Shown here piece after piece: positions 1-17,023 of a stretch of DNA of 64,000 nt. Position numbers and translations under genes: made by a program. The notes below the pieces were generated by a model. It had not been told where the DNA came from. It did no database searches and was given only the letters and a program-made list of their open reading frames with translations. How positions within the stretch are numbered: position 1 is the stretch's first letter; each line of letters opens with the position of its first letter. Origin of the DNA: Pseudomonas sp. (GTDB lineage: Bacteria; Pseudomonadota; Gammaproteobacteria; Pseudomonadales; Pseudomonadaceae); NCBI GenBank assembly GCA_035562615.1, contig DATMWH010000023.1, positions 23,822-87,821 of the forward strand, written 5' to 3'.

Positions 1-2
1 TT

Positions 3-605
3 GATGTGTTGCTGGACACCTTCATGCCCAGCCTGCCTGACTGGCTGAGTTTTCTGGAATATGTTCTCTGGCCAATGTTCGCACTGCTGGTGCTGGTCAT
101 CATGTTCTTCACCTTCACCATGATGGCCAACTTGCTGGCGGCGCCGTTCAATGGCTTTCTGTCGGAGAAAGTAGAGGGCGTCGTGCGCGGCACGGACTTA
201 TCGCCTCCATTCAACTGGAGCGAACTGCTGGCAATGGTGCCGCGCACGATAAGTCGCGAACTCCGGAAGCTTGCCTACTTTCTTCCCCGGGCAATTGCGC
301 TGCTGTTGCTGTCGCTGATTCCTGGCATCAACATTGTCGCTACGCCGCTCTGGATTGTCTTCGGCGTATGGATGATGGCTGTCCAGTACATCGACTTCCC
401 GGCAGACAACCACAAGCTGGGCTGGAACGAAATGCTGGCCTGGCTGCGCGAGAAGCGCTGGCAAAGCCTGGGATTTGGCGGCATGACTTATCTGGCCCTG
501 CTTATTCCGGTGGTAAACCTGCTGGCGATGCCCGCCGCCGTGGCTGGCGCCACCTTGTTCTGGGTACGCGAAGGCAATCCTGTAGACCTGAAAAAACCGG
601 CATAA
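3..605 (+). CDS. cysZ: Sulfate transporter CysZ (EI24 family), 5'-truncated by the window edge
   Basis: Hydrophobic ORF with [28 protein letters not shown] and [11 protein letters not shown] motifs; frame is open to the window start. Confidence 0.9.
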   Translation, partial: DVLLDTFMPSLPDWLSFLEYVLWPMFALLVLVIMFFTFTMMANLLAAPFNGFLSEKVEGVVRGTDLSPPFNWSELLAMVPRTISRELRKLAYFLPRAIALLLLSLIPGINIVATPLWIVFGVWMMAVQYIDFPADNHKLGWNEMLAWLREKRWQSLGFGGMTYLALLIPVVNLLAMPAAVAGATLFWVREGNPVDLKKPA

Positions 606-629
606 AAAAGGCCACCCGAGGGTGGCCTT
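604..629 (-). terminator. Intrinsic terminator of lpxC/dcw, between convergent cysZ and lpxC
   Basis: AAGGCCACC-CGAG-GGTGGCCTT hairpin (608-629) with an adjacent A6 run, read as a U-tract on the minus strand. Confidence 0.75.
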
Positions 630-668
630 GAAGATTGAAACGAGAGGGTGTTACTGAATCTGTGCGGC

Positions 669-1580
669 TTAACCTGCAGCCAGAGGACGTACGTATGAAA
701 TGGGTGCCAGGCTGGCATCTTCAAAGGTAACGACCTCCCAGGCATCTTTCTCCTCAATCAGCTGGCGCAACAGACGATTGTTCAGTTCGTGCCCGGATTT
801 AACCCCGCGGAACTCCCCGATCAAACTGTTGCCGAGCAGATAGAGATCGCCAATGGCGTCGAGAATCTTGTGCTTCACAAACTCGTCTTCATAGCGCAGA
901 CCGTCCTCATTGAGGACGTTGAACTCGTCGACAACAATGGCATTGTCGACACTACCGCCGAGCGCCATGTTCTGTGAACGCAGATACTCGATGTCGCGCA
1001 TAAAACCGAACGTACGGGCACGACTGACTTCCTTCACAAAGGATGTGCTGGAGAAGTCAACGCTGGCCGTTTGCGTTCTGCCTGCAAAAGCCGGGTGATC
1101 AAAGTCGATGGTAAAGGTCACTTTGAAACCATCAAAGGGCACGAATGTCGCGCTCTTGTCTCCATCTTCGACGGTAACTTCGCGCAGAACGCGGATGAAC
1201 TTTTTCGCTACATCCTGCTCCTGCAAGCCAGCCGACTGAATCAGGAACACAAAAGGACCCGCACTGCCGTCCATGATCGGCACTTCAGAGGCCGACAACT
1301 CAACGTAGGCATTATCGATACCCAGCCCCGCCATGGCGGACAGCAGGTGTTCAACCGTGTCCACCTTGACATCGCCCTTGACCAGAGTCGTGGACATGGT
1401 GGTCTTGCCAACATTGCCTGCCCGCGCAGGTATCTGCACCACGGGATCAAGATCGGTCCGGCAGAACACGATACCGGTATCAGCCGGAGCTGGCTTGAGG
1501 GTCAGGTAAACCTTCTCCCCCGAATGCAAGCCAACACCGGTTGCCCGGATGATGTTCTTCAAAGTGCGTTGTTTGATCAT
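669..1580 (-). CDS. lpxC: UDP-3-O-acyl-GlcNAc deacetylase LpxC
   Basis: MIKQRTLK start, [15 protein letters not shown] and HKILDAIGD zinc motifs; follows ftsZ. Confidence 0.98.
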   Translation of the reverse strand: MIKQRTLKNIIRATGVGLHSGEKVYLTLKPAPADTGIVFCRTDLDPVVQIPARAGNVGKTTMSTTLVKGDVKVDTVEHLLSAMAGLGIDNAYVELSASEVPIMDGSAGPFVFLIQSAGLQEQDVAKKFIRVLREVTVEDGDKSATFVPFDGFKVTFTIDFDHPAFAGRTQTASVDFSSTSFVKEVSRARTFGFMRDIEYLRSQNMALGGSVDNAIVVDEFNVLNEDGLRYEDEFVKHKILDAIGDLYLLGNSLIGEFRGVKSGHELNNRLLRQLIEEKDAWEVVTFEDASLAPISYVRPLAAG

Positions 1581-1631
1581 GGATTTAGTCGTATTCAAGC
1601 GAATTGAGAAAAGTTATCAACAATGGCCGCG

Positions 1632-1640
1632 AATATAGCA
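1632..1640 (-). promoter_or_regulatory. Putative extended -10 internal promoter for lpxC
   Basis: TGcTATATT on the minus strand in the ftsZ-lpxC spacer. Confidence 0.4.
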
Positions 1641-1691
1641 GACCCGGCCTTTGCTGAACACCAATTGATCCTAACCCGCCTATAGACAAAA

Positions 1692-2885
1692 CTAATCTGC
1701 CTGACGGCGCAGGAAGGCTGGAATATCCAGATAATCCATGTCGTCATGCGGATTCAGCTTGGCTGCAGTAGCCGCACCGGCGTGACTCTGACGCTGCACG
1801 GTAGGGCGATCGTAATCCTTGTAATTGACCGAGGCTTCCTGACGAGCGGCAGGCTGGGAAACCGGGTTCACGGCAGCAAGTGATGGCACATGTACGGTGT
1901 TGTCGACGACTTTGACCGGCTTCTCGATCCGCGGACCCAGACCCGTGGCCACCACGGTCACGTGCAATTCGTCGCGCATTTCCGGATCAATCACCGCGCC
2001 GACCTTGACGGTGGCGTGCTCGGAGGCAAATGCCTCGATGATTTCACCCACCGCGCCGTATTCGCCGAGCGACAGATCCAGACCGGCGGTGATATTGACC
2101 AGAATACCGCGCGCGCCCTGCAGATTTACATCTTCCAGCAGCGGATTGCGGATGGCTTCCTCGGTCGCTTCACGGGCACGGTTCGGGCCGCTGGCGCAGC
2201 CGGTGCCCATCATGGCCATACCCATTTCGCCCATCACGGTCTTGACGTCGGCGAAGTCGACGTTCATCAGACCCGGACGCTGCATGATGTCAGAGATGCC
2301 GCGCACGGCACCGGCCAGCACATCATCGGCCTTGGCGAAGGCGGACAGCAGGCTGGCGTCTTTACCGAGGATGGTCAGCAGTTTTTCATTGGGGATGGTG
2401 ATCAGAGAGTCGACGCACTCGGAGAGTGCACGAATACCCTCGTCCGCCACCTGCATGCGCTTTTTGCCCTCGAAAGGGAATGGCCGGGTCACAATGGCAA
2501 CGGTGAGGATGCCCATTTCCTTGGCCACTTGAGCGATGATCGGTGCCGCACCGGTACCGGTACCGCCACCCATGCCGGTTGCGATAAACACCATATCCGC
2601 GCCGGAGAGGATTTCAGCAATGCGCTCGCGGTCTTCCATGGCAGCCTGACGACCAATTTCAGGATTGGTGCCGGCACCCAGACCTTTGGTAACAGCGGAG
2701 CCGAGCTGCAGAACTCGTTGTGCGCCGACGTTTTTCAACGCCTGAGCATCGGTGTTGGCACAAATGAACTCAACGCCTTCGATATTGCTACGCATCATGT
2801 GATTGACGGCATTACCACCACCGCCACCCACGCCGACGACTTTGATAACTGCACTTTGTGGCAGATTGTCTACGAGTTCGAACAT
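1692..2885 (-). CDS. ftsZ: Cell division GTPase FtsZ
   Basis: GGGTGTG tubulin signature, NVDFADV, C-terminal DIPAFLRRQAD. Confidence 0.99.
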   Translation of the reverse strand: MFELVDNLPQSAVIKVVGVGGGGGNAVNHMMRSNIEGVEFICANTDAQALKNVGAQRVLQLGSAVTKGLGAGTNPEIGRQAAMEDRERIAEILSGADMVFIATGMGGGTGTGAAPIIAQVAKEMGILTVAIVTRPFPFEGKKRMQVADEGIRALSECVDSLITIPNEKLLTILGKDASLLSAFAKADDVLAGAVRGISDIMQRPGLMNVDFADVKTVMGEMGMAMMGTGCASGPNRAREATEEAIRNPLLEDVNLQGARGILVNITAGLDLSLGEYGAVGEIIEAFASEHATVKVGAVIDPEMRDELHVTVVATGLGPRIEKPVKVVDNTVHVPSLAAVNPVSQPAARQEASVNYKDYDRPTVQRQSHAGAATAAKLNPHDDMDYLDIPAFLRRQAD

Positions 2886-2930
2886 GGCCCCTCTCCTTTC
2901 TTTTAGTTTTATAGCCTACAGCATCCGCGG

Positions 2931-4175
2931 TTAAAAATTGCCCTGAACCCAGCGTTTAAGCCGATCCAGAACAGGTGTCTTGGGTTCTTCACCATACTGC
3001 CCAGCAATTTCAGGGCCTCCTTCAGACTGCTTTTGCAGCCCGTACAGAAGGAGTCCTACGCTGGTCGAATAGATTGGGTTGCGCACGACATCAGCCAATC
3101 CCTTGACCCCGTGTGGAATTCCCAAGCGCACCGGCATGTGAAAGATCTCTTCGGCCAACTCGACAGCACCTTCCATTTTGGCGGTACCACCGGTGAGGAC
3201 GATCCCAGCCGGAATCAGATCCTCGTAGCCGCTGCGCCGCAGCTCGGCCTGAATGAGGGTGAAAAGCTCGTCATAACGCGGCTCAACCACCTCAGCCAGA
3301 GCTTGTCGTGACAGCTCCCGCGGTGGCCGGTCCCCTACGCTGGGAACCTTGATGGTTTCCCCTGCACCGGCCAGTTTGGCTAGGGCACAAGCATACCGAA
3401 TCTTGATCTCTTCGGCATACTGGGTTGGGGTACGTAATGCCATGGCAATATCATTGGTTACCTGGTCGCCAGCGATCGGAATCACCGCAGTGTGACGTAT
3501 CGCACCTTCTGTGAAGATCGCGATATCGGTGGTTCCGCCGCCGATATCGACCAGGCAAACGCCCAGTTCTTTTTCATCGTCAGTCAGCACCGAGTAAGAA
3601 GATGCCAGCTGCTCCAGAATGATGTCGTCGACCTCAAGTCCGCAGCGCCGTACGCACTTCTCGACGTTCTGTGCAGCATTCACCGCACAGGTCACCACAT
3701 GGACCTTGGCCTCCAGGCGAACACCGGACATACCCAGCGGCTCGCGGATGCCTTCCTGGTTATCGATCACATAATCCTGCGGCAAGGTGTGCAGTACCCG
3801 CTGATCGGCTGGAATTGCCACGGCTTGCGCCGCGTCCAGTACCCGTTCCAGATCGGCAAAACTCACTTCACGGTCGCGGATGGCGACGATGCCATGGGAG
3901 TTCAGGCTGCGGATATGGCTACCGGCCACCCCGACAAATGCCGAATGAATGCGACAGCCGGCCATCTGCTGGGCCTCATCAATCGCGCGCTGAATGGATT
4001 GCACGGTTGACTCGATGTTGACCACCACACCCTTCTTCAATCCGCGCGAGGGGTGGCTGCCGATTCCGACTATCTCCAGCTCTCCGTCGGCGTTGAGTTC
4101 GCCAACCAGCGCAACCACCTTGGAGGTGCCGATATCCAGACCAACGATCATCTTGCTGCTGTGTACAGGTGCCAT
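2931..4175 (-). CDS. ftsA: Cell division protein FtsA
   Basis: GLDIGTSKV and VDIGGGTTD actin-like motifs, C-terminal amphipathic LKRWVQGNF. Confidence 0.98.
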   Translation of the reverse strand: MAPVHSSKMIVGLDIGTSKVVALVGELNADGELEIVGIGSHPSRGLKKGVVVNIESTVQSIQRAIDEAQQMAGCRIHSAFVGVAGSHIRSLNSHGIVAIRDREVSFADLERVLDAAQAVAIPADQRVLHTLPQDYVIDNQEGIREPLGMSGVRLEAKVHVVTCAVNAAQNVEKCVRRCGLEVDDIILEQLASSYSVLTDDEKELGVCLVDIGGGTTDIAIFTEGAIRHTAVIPIAGDQVTNDIAMALRTPTQYAEEIKIRYACALAKLAGAGETIKVPSVGDRPPRELSRQALAEVVEPRYDELFTLIQAELRRSGYEDLIPAGIVLTGGTAKMEGAVELAEEIFHMPVRLGIPHGVKGLADVVRNPIYSTSVGLLLYGLQKQSEGGPEIAGQYGEEPKTPVLDRLKRWVQGNF

Positions 4176-4189
4176 GGGTACCCCTCTCC

Positions 4190-7446
<3,257 letters not shown>

Positions 7447-7454
<8 letters not shown>

Positions 7455-8517
7455 GGGCCACCTCCAGGCAAATATTGACGACCGTACGCGTCGCATCGGG
7501 CTTGGCCAGACGGCGCGCGGTAGCACCCATGGCCTTGAGTTTTCCAGGCTGCATGAGCACCTCGGTCAGCTGAGCGGCCAGTTGCTCCGCATCGGTCTTG
7601 TGTTGCGGCAACAACACGGCTGCGCCGGCGTTGGCCAGAAAAGCGGCATTGCGCGTCTGGTGGTCATCAATGGCATGCGGCAGCGGGATCAACAACGCCG
7701 GCAGCCCGGCAGCGGCCAACTCACTAACGGTCAGCGCGCCAGCGCGACAGATAACCAGATCCGCGTAGGCGTAAGCAGCTGCCATGTCGGTAATAAAAGG
7801 AGCCACTTGCGCGTCAACCCCGGCCTGGCGATAACGCTCGGTAGTGATCTCGGCATGCTGTTTGCCAGCCTGATGGAACACCTGCGGACGCTGATCAACC
7901 GGAAGTTTGGCCAATGCCGCCGGCAGCAGCTGATTCAGGGGTTCCGCCCCCAGACTGCCGCCAAGCACCAGCAAGCGCGGCTGGCGAGCAACCAATGGCT
8001 GCCGCGGTGTTTCCAGAAACAGCTCTTCGCGCACCGGGTTACCGGTAGTGCAGAGTTTCGAGTTGCTGGCAAAGGTATTCGGAAAGGCTTCGCAGATGCG
8101 TTTGGCGAAGAACGCCAAACTGCGGTTGGCTGTTCCGGCAACCGCGTTCTGCTCATGGATGATCAATGGCGAGCCATTGAGCCAGGCTGCAAGGCCGCCG
8201 GGGCCGGTGACATAGCCGCCCATGCCGAGCACGCAGACTGGCTTGAGCTCACGAACAATCCGCCGCGCCTGCAACAAGGCCATCAGCAACTGCAGCGGAG
8301 CCTTGAGCAAGGCCAGCAGGTTCTTGCCGCGCAGGCCACTGACACTGATCTGGTGCAAGGCAAAGCCCGCTGCCGGTACCAGTTCGTTTTCTATTCCACG
8401 CGACGTACCCAGCCAATGGACGGTATAGCCACGCGCCTTGAACTCCTGCGCACAGGCCAGTGCCGGGAACACATGGCCGCCCGTACCGGCAGCCATGATC
8501 AGGACATTACCGCGCAT
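7447..8517 (-). CDS. murG: Lipid I GlcNAc transferase MurG
   Basis: [25 protein letters not shown] motifs. Confidence 0.98.
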
Positions 8518-9718
8518 ATTTCAGCTCCTCCACGGCAAAGTCCTCTTCACTGAATTCAACCTCGGCACTGCCCAGACAGGTACGACTCTCCCACTCGATA
8601 CGTAACAGCATGCCCAGACTGGCGCAGCAGATAATCAGCGAACTACCGCCGTAGCTGAGGAATGGCAGCGTCAGGCCTTTGGTTGGCAGCAGCCCCACGT
8701 TCACACCGATATTGATCAGGATCTGGGCAATCCACAAAAAGGCCAGCCCGTAAGCCACGTAGGCGGAGAAGAATTGCCGGGAGCGTTCGGCCCAGAGCCC
8801 AACATACAGCGAGCGCACCCCCACGAAGACAAACAGTGCGATGGTCAGCAAGGCGCCAACCAGCCCCAGCTCTTCAGCCAGCACCGAAAACACGAAATCG
8901 GTATGCGCTTCCGGCAGGTAAAACTGCTTCTGTACGCTGTTGCCCAGACCAACGCCCAGCCATTCACCGCGACCGAAAGCGATCAGCGCCTGGCTCAGCT
9001 GATAACCGGCACCAAACTGATCGGACCACGGATCGGCAAAGTTGGTGATCCGCTCCCAGCGGTAAGGGTCCTGCACCAGCACATAGATCGCAGCAACCGC
9101 CAGCAGTACCAGCAAGCCAAAGCGAAACAGGCCGACGCCACCGAGGAACATCATGCCGGCTGCCGCACCCAGCATGACCACGGTGGCACCGAAATCCGGT
9201 TCCATCAGCAGCAGCCCGGCAACCGGCACCAGGATGAAGAAGGGGGCGAAGAAGCCCATCCAGCTCTCGCGCACCTGCTTCTGCCGGCGCACCAGATAAC
9301 TGGCCAGAAACAGCACGGCAAATACCTTGGCCAGCTCCGAGGGCTGGATATTGAACAGGCTCACACCGATCCAGCGTCTGGCGCCGTTAACTTCACGACC
9401 GATGCCGGGAATCAGCACCAGAATCAGCAACACAACCGCGATCAGCAGCAACCGGCCGCTGTGTTTTTGCAGTTCGGCCATCGGAATCATCATGGTCAGG
9501 CCGCAGGCCACAACACCGAGCAACAGATACACCAGATGGCGAATGGTGTTGTAGTGCGTGTTACCCAGATTAACGGCGGCAATTTCGGATGAGGAGGAAG
9601 CAATCATCACCAGACCCAGCCCGAGCAGCGCCAAGCAGCCGGCCAGCAGTGGGAAATCAACATCGATCCCGCGCGAACTGAACAGCGGTGAAGGTGCATT
9701 GAACAGGGATGGCAGCAT
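8507..9718 (-). CDS. ftsW: SEDS peptidoglycan glycosyltransferase FtsW
   Basis: NGARRW, QPSELAK, LPEAHTDF, LPFLSYGGSS; TGATG overlap with murD. Confidence 0.97.
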   Translation of the reverse strand: MLPSLFNAPSPLFSSRGIDVDFPLLAGCLALLGLGLVMIASSSSEIAAVNLGNTHYNTIRHLVYLLLGVVACGLTMMIPMAELQKHSGRLLLIAVVLLILVLIPGIGREVNGARRWIGVSLFNIQPSELAKVFAVLFLASYLVRRQKQVRESWMGFFAPFFILVPVAGLLLMEPDFGATVVMLGAAAGMMFLGGVGLFRFGLLVLLAVAAIYVLVQDPYRWERITNFADPWSDQFGAGYQLSQALIAFGRGEWLGVGLGNSVQKQFYLPEAHTDFVFSVLAEELGLVGALLTIALFVFVGVRSLYVGLWAERSRQFFSAYVAYGLAFLWIAQILINIGVNVGLLPTKGLTLPFLSYGGSSLIICCASLGMLLRIEWESRTCLGSAEVEFSEEDFAVEELKYAR

Positions 9719-11064
9719 CAGATCAGCCCTCCCACGGCCTGGGCGAACAAGCGCCCGCGCTCTTCGAAATTCTTGAACATATCCAGACTGGCGCAGGCCG
9801 GCGACAACAGCACCGCATCTCCCGGCTGCGCCAGCGCGGCGCATTGCGCAACGGCCTCTTCCAGGCTGTTGACCCGTACCTGCACAGCGGCGCCATCAAG
9901 GGCTTCCGCCAGACGAGCGGCATCGCGCCCGAGCAGTACGACAGCCCGGCAATAATGGGCGACCGGCACACGCAAGGCCGAGAAATCAGCGCCCTTGCCA
10001 TCACCACCGGCAATCAGCAGCAACTTGCCGTTGATATCGGCGCCCAGCCCTTCAATGGCGGCCAGCGCAGCACCCACGTTGGTGGCTTTGGAATCGTCGT
10101 AATAATGGGCACCGCGCAACTCACCGACCCACTGGCAGCGATGGGCCAGCCCGGTGAAATGTTTCAGGGCTTCCAGCATCGCCGCGAATGGCAGACCGAC
10201 GGCATGCCCCAGCGCCAGTGCGGCCAGGGCATTGCTCTGATTGTGTGCACCGCGGATTTTCAGTTCGCGCACCGGCAGCAAGGCGTCGAACTGGAAAGCC
10301 AGACACTTCTCGCCGGCTTCTTCGATCAAGCCGAACCCTTTGAAATCAGGCTTGCTCAGCCCGAAGCTCCAGCACGGTAACTGGTCAGCCTGCAGCGGAC
10401 GGGACAGCGCGTCATCGCGGTTCACCACCACCTGACGCGCGCCACGGAAGATGCGGTGCTTGGCCAGGTGATAGGCCTGCATGCCGCTGTAGCGGTCCAT
10501 GTGGTCTTCGCTGACATTCAGGCAAGTGGCTACTTCGGCATTCAGCGAGTGGGTAGTTTCCAGCTGGAAGCTGGACAACTCCATGACATACAGCTCGACA
10601 TCGTCGGCCAGCAGATCCAGCGCCGGCGTACCGAGATTGCCGCCCACTGCAACCTTCTTGCCGGCCGCCTTGGCCATCTCGCCAACCAGCGTGGTAACCG
10701 TGCTCTTGGCATTGGAGCCGGTGATGGCAACAATCGGCGCCTTGGCATGCCGGGCAAACAATTCGATATCGCCGGACATCTGCACGCCACGCGCTGCGGC
10801 TTGCTGCAACGCTGGAGTGGCCAGCGCCAGACCGGGGCTGACGTACAGTTCAGTGGCGCGGCAAAGGAATTCGACGTCCAGCTCCCCGCAACGCACTTCA
10901 ACCTGCGGGTAATCACGCTGCAAGGTCGCCAACTCCGGCGGGTTCGCGCGCGTATCGGCCACCGCAAAGCGCACGCCCTGTTGCGCGAGAAAGCGCACCA
11001 GCGACATGCCGCTCTTGCCGAGACCGACAACGATGCGGAACTGATCGGACGTAATCAGCGACAC
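9718..11064 (-). CDS. murD: UDP-MurNAc-L-Ala--D-glutamate ligase
   Basis: GSNAKST, ELSSFQL, DSKATN, SPACAS; GTG start. Confidence 0.98.
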   Translation of the reverse strand: MSLITSDQFRIVVGLGKSGMSLVRFLAQQGVRFAVADTRANPPELATLQRDYPQVEVRCGELDVEFLCRATELYVSPGLALATPALQQAAARGVQMSGDIELFARHAKAPIVAITGSNAKSTVTTLVGEMAKAAGKKVAVGGNLGTPALDLLADDVELYVMELSSFQLETTHSLNAEVATCLNVSEDHMDRYSGMQAYHLAKHRIFRGARQVVVNRDDALSRPLQADQLPCWSFGLSKPDFKGFGLIEEAGEKCLAFQFDALLPVRELKIRGAHNQSNALAALALGHAVGLPFAAMLEALKHFTGLAHRCQWVGELRGAHYYDDSKATNVGAALAAIEGLGADINGKLLLIAGGDGKGADFSALRVPVAHYCRAVVLLGRDAARLAEALDGAAVQVRVNSLEEAVAQCAALAQPGDAVLLSPACASLDMFKNFEERGRLFAQAVGGLI

Positions 11065-11070
11065 TCTTTA

Positions 11071-12165
11071 TTACCTCAACTTCAGGGTGGCCAGGCCAAC
11101 CAGGACGAGAATCACGGTGATGATCCAGAAGCGCACGATGACGCGCGGCTCCGGCCAGCCTTTGAGTTCAAAGTGATGGTGAATCGGTGCCATGCGGAAC
11201 ACACGCTTGCCGGTCAGCTTGAAGGACGCGACCTGGATGATCACCGACAGGGTTTCCATGACGAACACGCCCCCCATGATGAACAGCACGATTTCCTGAC
11301 GAACGATCACCGCGATGGTGCCCAGCGCGGCGCCCAACGCCAGCGCGCCGACATCGCCCATGAACACTTGGGCCGGGTAGGTGTTGAACCAGAGGAAGCC
11401 AAGCCCGGCACCGACCATCGCGGCACAGAACACAATCAGCTCGCCGGCGCCCGGCACATAGGGAATCAGCAGGTATTCGGCGAACTTCACGTTACCCGAG
11501 AGGTAGCAGAAGATGCCCAGTGCACCGCCCACCATCACCGTCGGCATGATCGCCAGTCCATCCAGACCATCCGTCAGATTGACCGCATTGCTGGTGCCGA
11601 CGATGACGAAGTAGGTCAGCACGATAAAGCCGATGCCCAGCCCCGCACCCAGCGCAATGCTGACGTCCTTGAACATCGGCACAATCAGCGTGGTTTCCAC
11701 CGGGCTCTGGGCGGTCACAAGGAGGAATACGGCAGCCGCCAGGCCAAATACCGACTGCCAGAAGTATTTCCAGCGGCTCGGTAAACCGCGCGAATTCTTT
11801 TCGATGACCTTGCGGTAGTCATCCACCCAGCCGATGGCACCAAACAGCAAGGTCACCGCCAATACCACCCAGACATAACGGTTGCTCAGGTCAGCCCAGA
11901 GCAGAGTGCTGATGGCAATCGCCGAGAGAATCAGGGCGCCGCCCATGGTTGGCGTGCCTTTTTTCGACAGATGCGATTGCGGGCCGTCATTGCGCACCGC
12001 CTGACCGATCTGCCGGATCTGCAGGGTACGGATCATCCAGGGCCCGAGCCACAAGGACAGCGCCAGCGCCGTCAACACACCCAGGATTCCGCGCAGGGTC
12101 AGGTACTGGAATACGCCGAAACCGTTGTAAAACTGTTGCAGGTATTCCGCCAGCAGCAGCAGCAT
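11071..12165 (-). CDS. mraY: Phospho-MurNAc-pentapeptide transferase
   Basis: [30 protein letters not shown]. Confidence 0.98.
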   Translation of the reverse strand: MLLLLAEYLQQFYNGFGVFQYLTLRGILGVLTALALSLWLGPWMIRTLQIRQIGQAVRNDGPQSHLSKKGTPTMGGALILSAIAISTLLWADLSNRYVWVVLAVTLLFGAIGWVDDYRKVIEKNSRGLPSRWKYFWQSVFGLAAAVFLLVTAQSPVETTLIVPMFKDVSIALGAGLGIGFIVLTYFVIVGTSNAVNLTDGLDGLAIMPTVMVGGALGIFCYLSGNVKFAEYLLIPYVPGAGELIVFCAAMVGAGLGFLWFNTYPAQVFMGDVGALALGAALGTIAVIVRQEIVLFIMGGVFVMETLSVIIQVASFKLTGKRVFRMAPIHHHFELKGWPEPRVIVRFWIITVILVLVGLATLKLR

Positions 12166-13538
12166 TAGTGAGCCTCCTCGGTGGATGCGCAAAGTGCAGC
12201 GACGACCTTGTCCATAGCCGCACTGCGCGAACCTTTGATCAATAGCGTGGTAGAGGGTCCCTGCTCGTTGGCCAATGCTGCAATCAGGCTGGCCTGATCA
12301 GCAAAATGGCGGCCTTCAGCACCGAATGCAGCCACGGCATGGCGCATCAGCGGGCCAACGGCATACAGCGCGCTGACTTTGCCGGCGGCATAAGCGCCGA
12401 CATCGCGATGGCCCTGCTCGGCCCATTCGCCCAACTCGCCCATATCCCCCAACACCAGAACGGTGCGACCGGAGAAGGCGGCGAGTATATCAACCGCGGC
12501 GCACATCGAGACCGGGTTGGCGTTGTAGGTGTCATCGATTACCCGCGCACCGCTGGTCGCCAACTGCGCTACGACGCGGCCTTTGACCGGTTGCAGGCTT
12601 TCCAGACCCTGACGGATTCCGACCAGCGGCACCTGCATCACGCAAGCGGCTGCACTGGCGGCCAATGCGTTGGCCACATTGTGCTCGCCCAGCAGATTCA
12701 ACTGGATCTGCGTTTCTCCAGCAGGACTGTGCAGGGTGAAACCCATACAGCCACGGGCGTCGCGCCGGATATCGCTGGCATAGAAGTCTGCAGCGGCATT
12801 GCCCAGCGCAAAGCTCACCACCTGCTTGTTGCCGGCACGGGAACGCCAGATGGCAAAGGCCTGGTCATCCAGATTCAGCACCGCCGTGCCATCGTCTGCC
12901 AGCCCTTCAATGATCTCGCCCTTGGCCTCGACAATTTTCTCGGGGCCGCCAAATTCGCCGACATGGGCGTTTCCGGCGTTGTTCAGGATGCAAACCTGGG
13001 GCTTAGTCAGGTTGACCGTGTAAGCGATTTCACCCACATGGTTGGCTCCCAACTCGATCACCGCAGCAACATGCTGAGGGCTGAGTTCGAGCAAGGTCAA
13101 CGGCGCACCCAGATCGTTATTCAGGTTGCCACGGGTAGCCAGTACGTCTCCGCCCAACCCGGCACGCAGGATACTGGCGAGCATTTCCTTGACCGTGGTT
13201 TTCCCGCTGGAACCGGTAATGGCGGCCACTGGCCCCTGATACGCGCGACGATTCAGCGCGCCCAGCTGACCCAGCGCCAGGCGCGTGTCGGCCACCAGCA
13301 GCTGTGGCAAATCAGCACTCTCTATGGGTCTTTCGACCAAAGCAGCAACGGCCCCCTTGCTGGCGACCTCGGCAAGGTAATCATGGCCATCGAAGTTCGG
13401 TCCGCTCAGGGCAATGAACAATTGCCCAGATGCGATCTTGCGGCTATCGGTCGACACCGCAGAGAACTGCGCATCGGCACCGAGCAGCCGACCGGCCAGC
13501 GCAGCGGCAATTTCGGACAGGAGCAGTGGCTTAAGCAC
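12165..13538 (-). CDS. murF: UDP-MurNAc-tripeptide--D-Ala-D-Ala ligase
   Basis: [21 protein letters not shown]; GTG start. Confidence 0.97.
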   Translation of the reverse strand: MLKPLLLSEIAAALAGRLLGADAQFSAVSTDSRKIASGQLFIALSGPNFDGHDYLAEVASKGAVAALVERPIESADLPQLLVADTRLALGQLGALNRRAYQGPVAAITGSSGKTTVKEMLASILRAGLGGDVLATRGNLNNDLGAPLTLLELSPQHVAAVIELGANHVGEIAYTVNLTKPQVCILNNAGNAHVGEFGGPEKIVEAKGEIIEGLADDGTAVLNLDDQAFAIWRSRAGNKQVVSFALGNAAADFYASDIRRDARGCMGFTLHSPAGETQIQLNLLGEHNVANALAASAAACVMQVPLVGIRQGLESLQPVKGRVVAQLATSGARVIDDTYNANPVSMCAAVDILAAFSGRTVLVLGDMGELGEWAEQGHRDVGAYAAGKVSALYAVGPLMRHAVAAFGAEGRHFADQASLIAALANEQGPSTTLLIKGSRSAAMDKVVAALCASTEEAH

Positions 13539-14996
13539 TGGCCACCCCCTTCGCAGCCAAGGCTTTTGCCGCCTGCTGCAAATCCGAAAAGGTCAGCCGC
13601 TGACCGTTGATTTCTTGATAGTCCTCATGCCCCTTACCGGCCAGAACAACCACATCGCCCGCCTTGGCGCTGGCAATCAGGCTGCTAATAGCTGCGTCGC
13701 GGCCATGCAGGAACTGCACATTCTGCGGCCGCGCAAACCCGGCACGGATATCGCTGAAGATCTGCTCAGGCGCTTCAGTACGCGGATTGTCGTCGGTAAC
13801 CACTACGCGGTCGGCCAGTTTTTCAGCCACGGCCGCCATCAGCGGACGCTTGCCGCGATCCCGGTCACCGCCACAACCAAACAGACAGAGCAGCTCACCA
13901 CGGACCTGCGGCCGCAGCGCGGCCAGAACCTTTTCCAGCGCATCCGGGGTATGGGCATAGTCGACCACCACCAGCGGTTGCGAGGCACCGCCCAGACGCT
14001 GCATCCGTCCGGCCGGGCCCTGCAGACGCGGGATGGCCGCAAGGATTTCATCCTGCGGATAACCCATGGCGATCAGCGCACCAATGGTGGCCAGCAGGTT
14101 GCTCAGGTTGAAGCGGCCGATCAGGCCACTGCGCAACAATCCATCGCCCTGCGGCGTGATGATTCGCGCTTCGATTCCCTGATCGGAAAACTGTGCGTCC
14201 AGGCAGTACAAATCGGCGGCAGGATTCTCCAGGCTGTAGCCGAGCAGTCTGGATGGGAGCTGCTGCTGGGCCAGCTGACGTCCAAACGCATCATCCAGAT
14301 TGATCACCCGGCACTTCAGTTGTTCCCAGGCGAACAGGCGCGATTTGACCTCGCCATAGCTCTGCATCGAACCGTGGTAATCCAGATGGTCGCGGGTCAG
14401 ATTGGTGAAAACCGCCACCTCGAAATCCACTGCCGCAACGCGGTGCTGATCCAGACCATGGGAGGAAACCTCCATGGCGATAGCCCGCGCGCCGGCCTGC
14501 TTCAGATCCGCCAGTGTGGCCTGCACCGCCAGTGCGTCAGGCGTGGTGTGACGACCAACTTCGAGCTCGCCATGAAATCCGCAGCCCAGCGTGCCGATAA
14601 TCCCGCAGGGCGCGCCCAGATGACCCAGCGCCTGGGCAATCAGCTGCGTGACACTGGTTTTTCCATTGGTGCCGGTAACGCCGACCACCCGCATGGCACG
14701 ACTCGGCTCGCCGTAGAAGCGCCCGGCGATGGCAGACAACTGCTCGGCAAGGCCTTTCAGGGGGATCAGTGCAACACCGGGATTGGCCAGCACAAAAGGT
14801 GCTCCGGCGGCTTCATAGACGACCGCCGCAGCACCGCGGGCAATAGCATCGGCAATATGTTCGCGCGCGTCATGCAGCGTGCCCGGAATGGCGAGGAACA
14901 TATCTCCCGGCAATACTTTGCGGCTATCGAGCGTCAACTCGCGGACCAGCATGGACGATTCGGCTTGAGGTAACAGTTGATTCAAGGGCATTGGCA

Positions 14997-14997
<1 letters not shown>
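13531..14997 (-). CDS. murE: UDP-MurNAc-dipeptide--meso-DAP ligase
   Basis: GTNGKTS, DHLDYH, DYAHTPD and the DNPR DAP-specificity motif. Confidence 0.98.
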
Positions 14998-17019
<2,022 letters not shown>

Positions 17020-17023
<4 letters not shown>

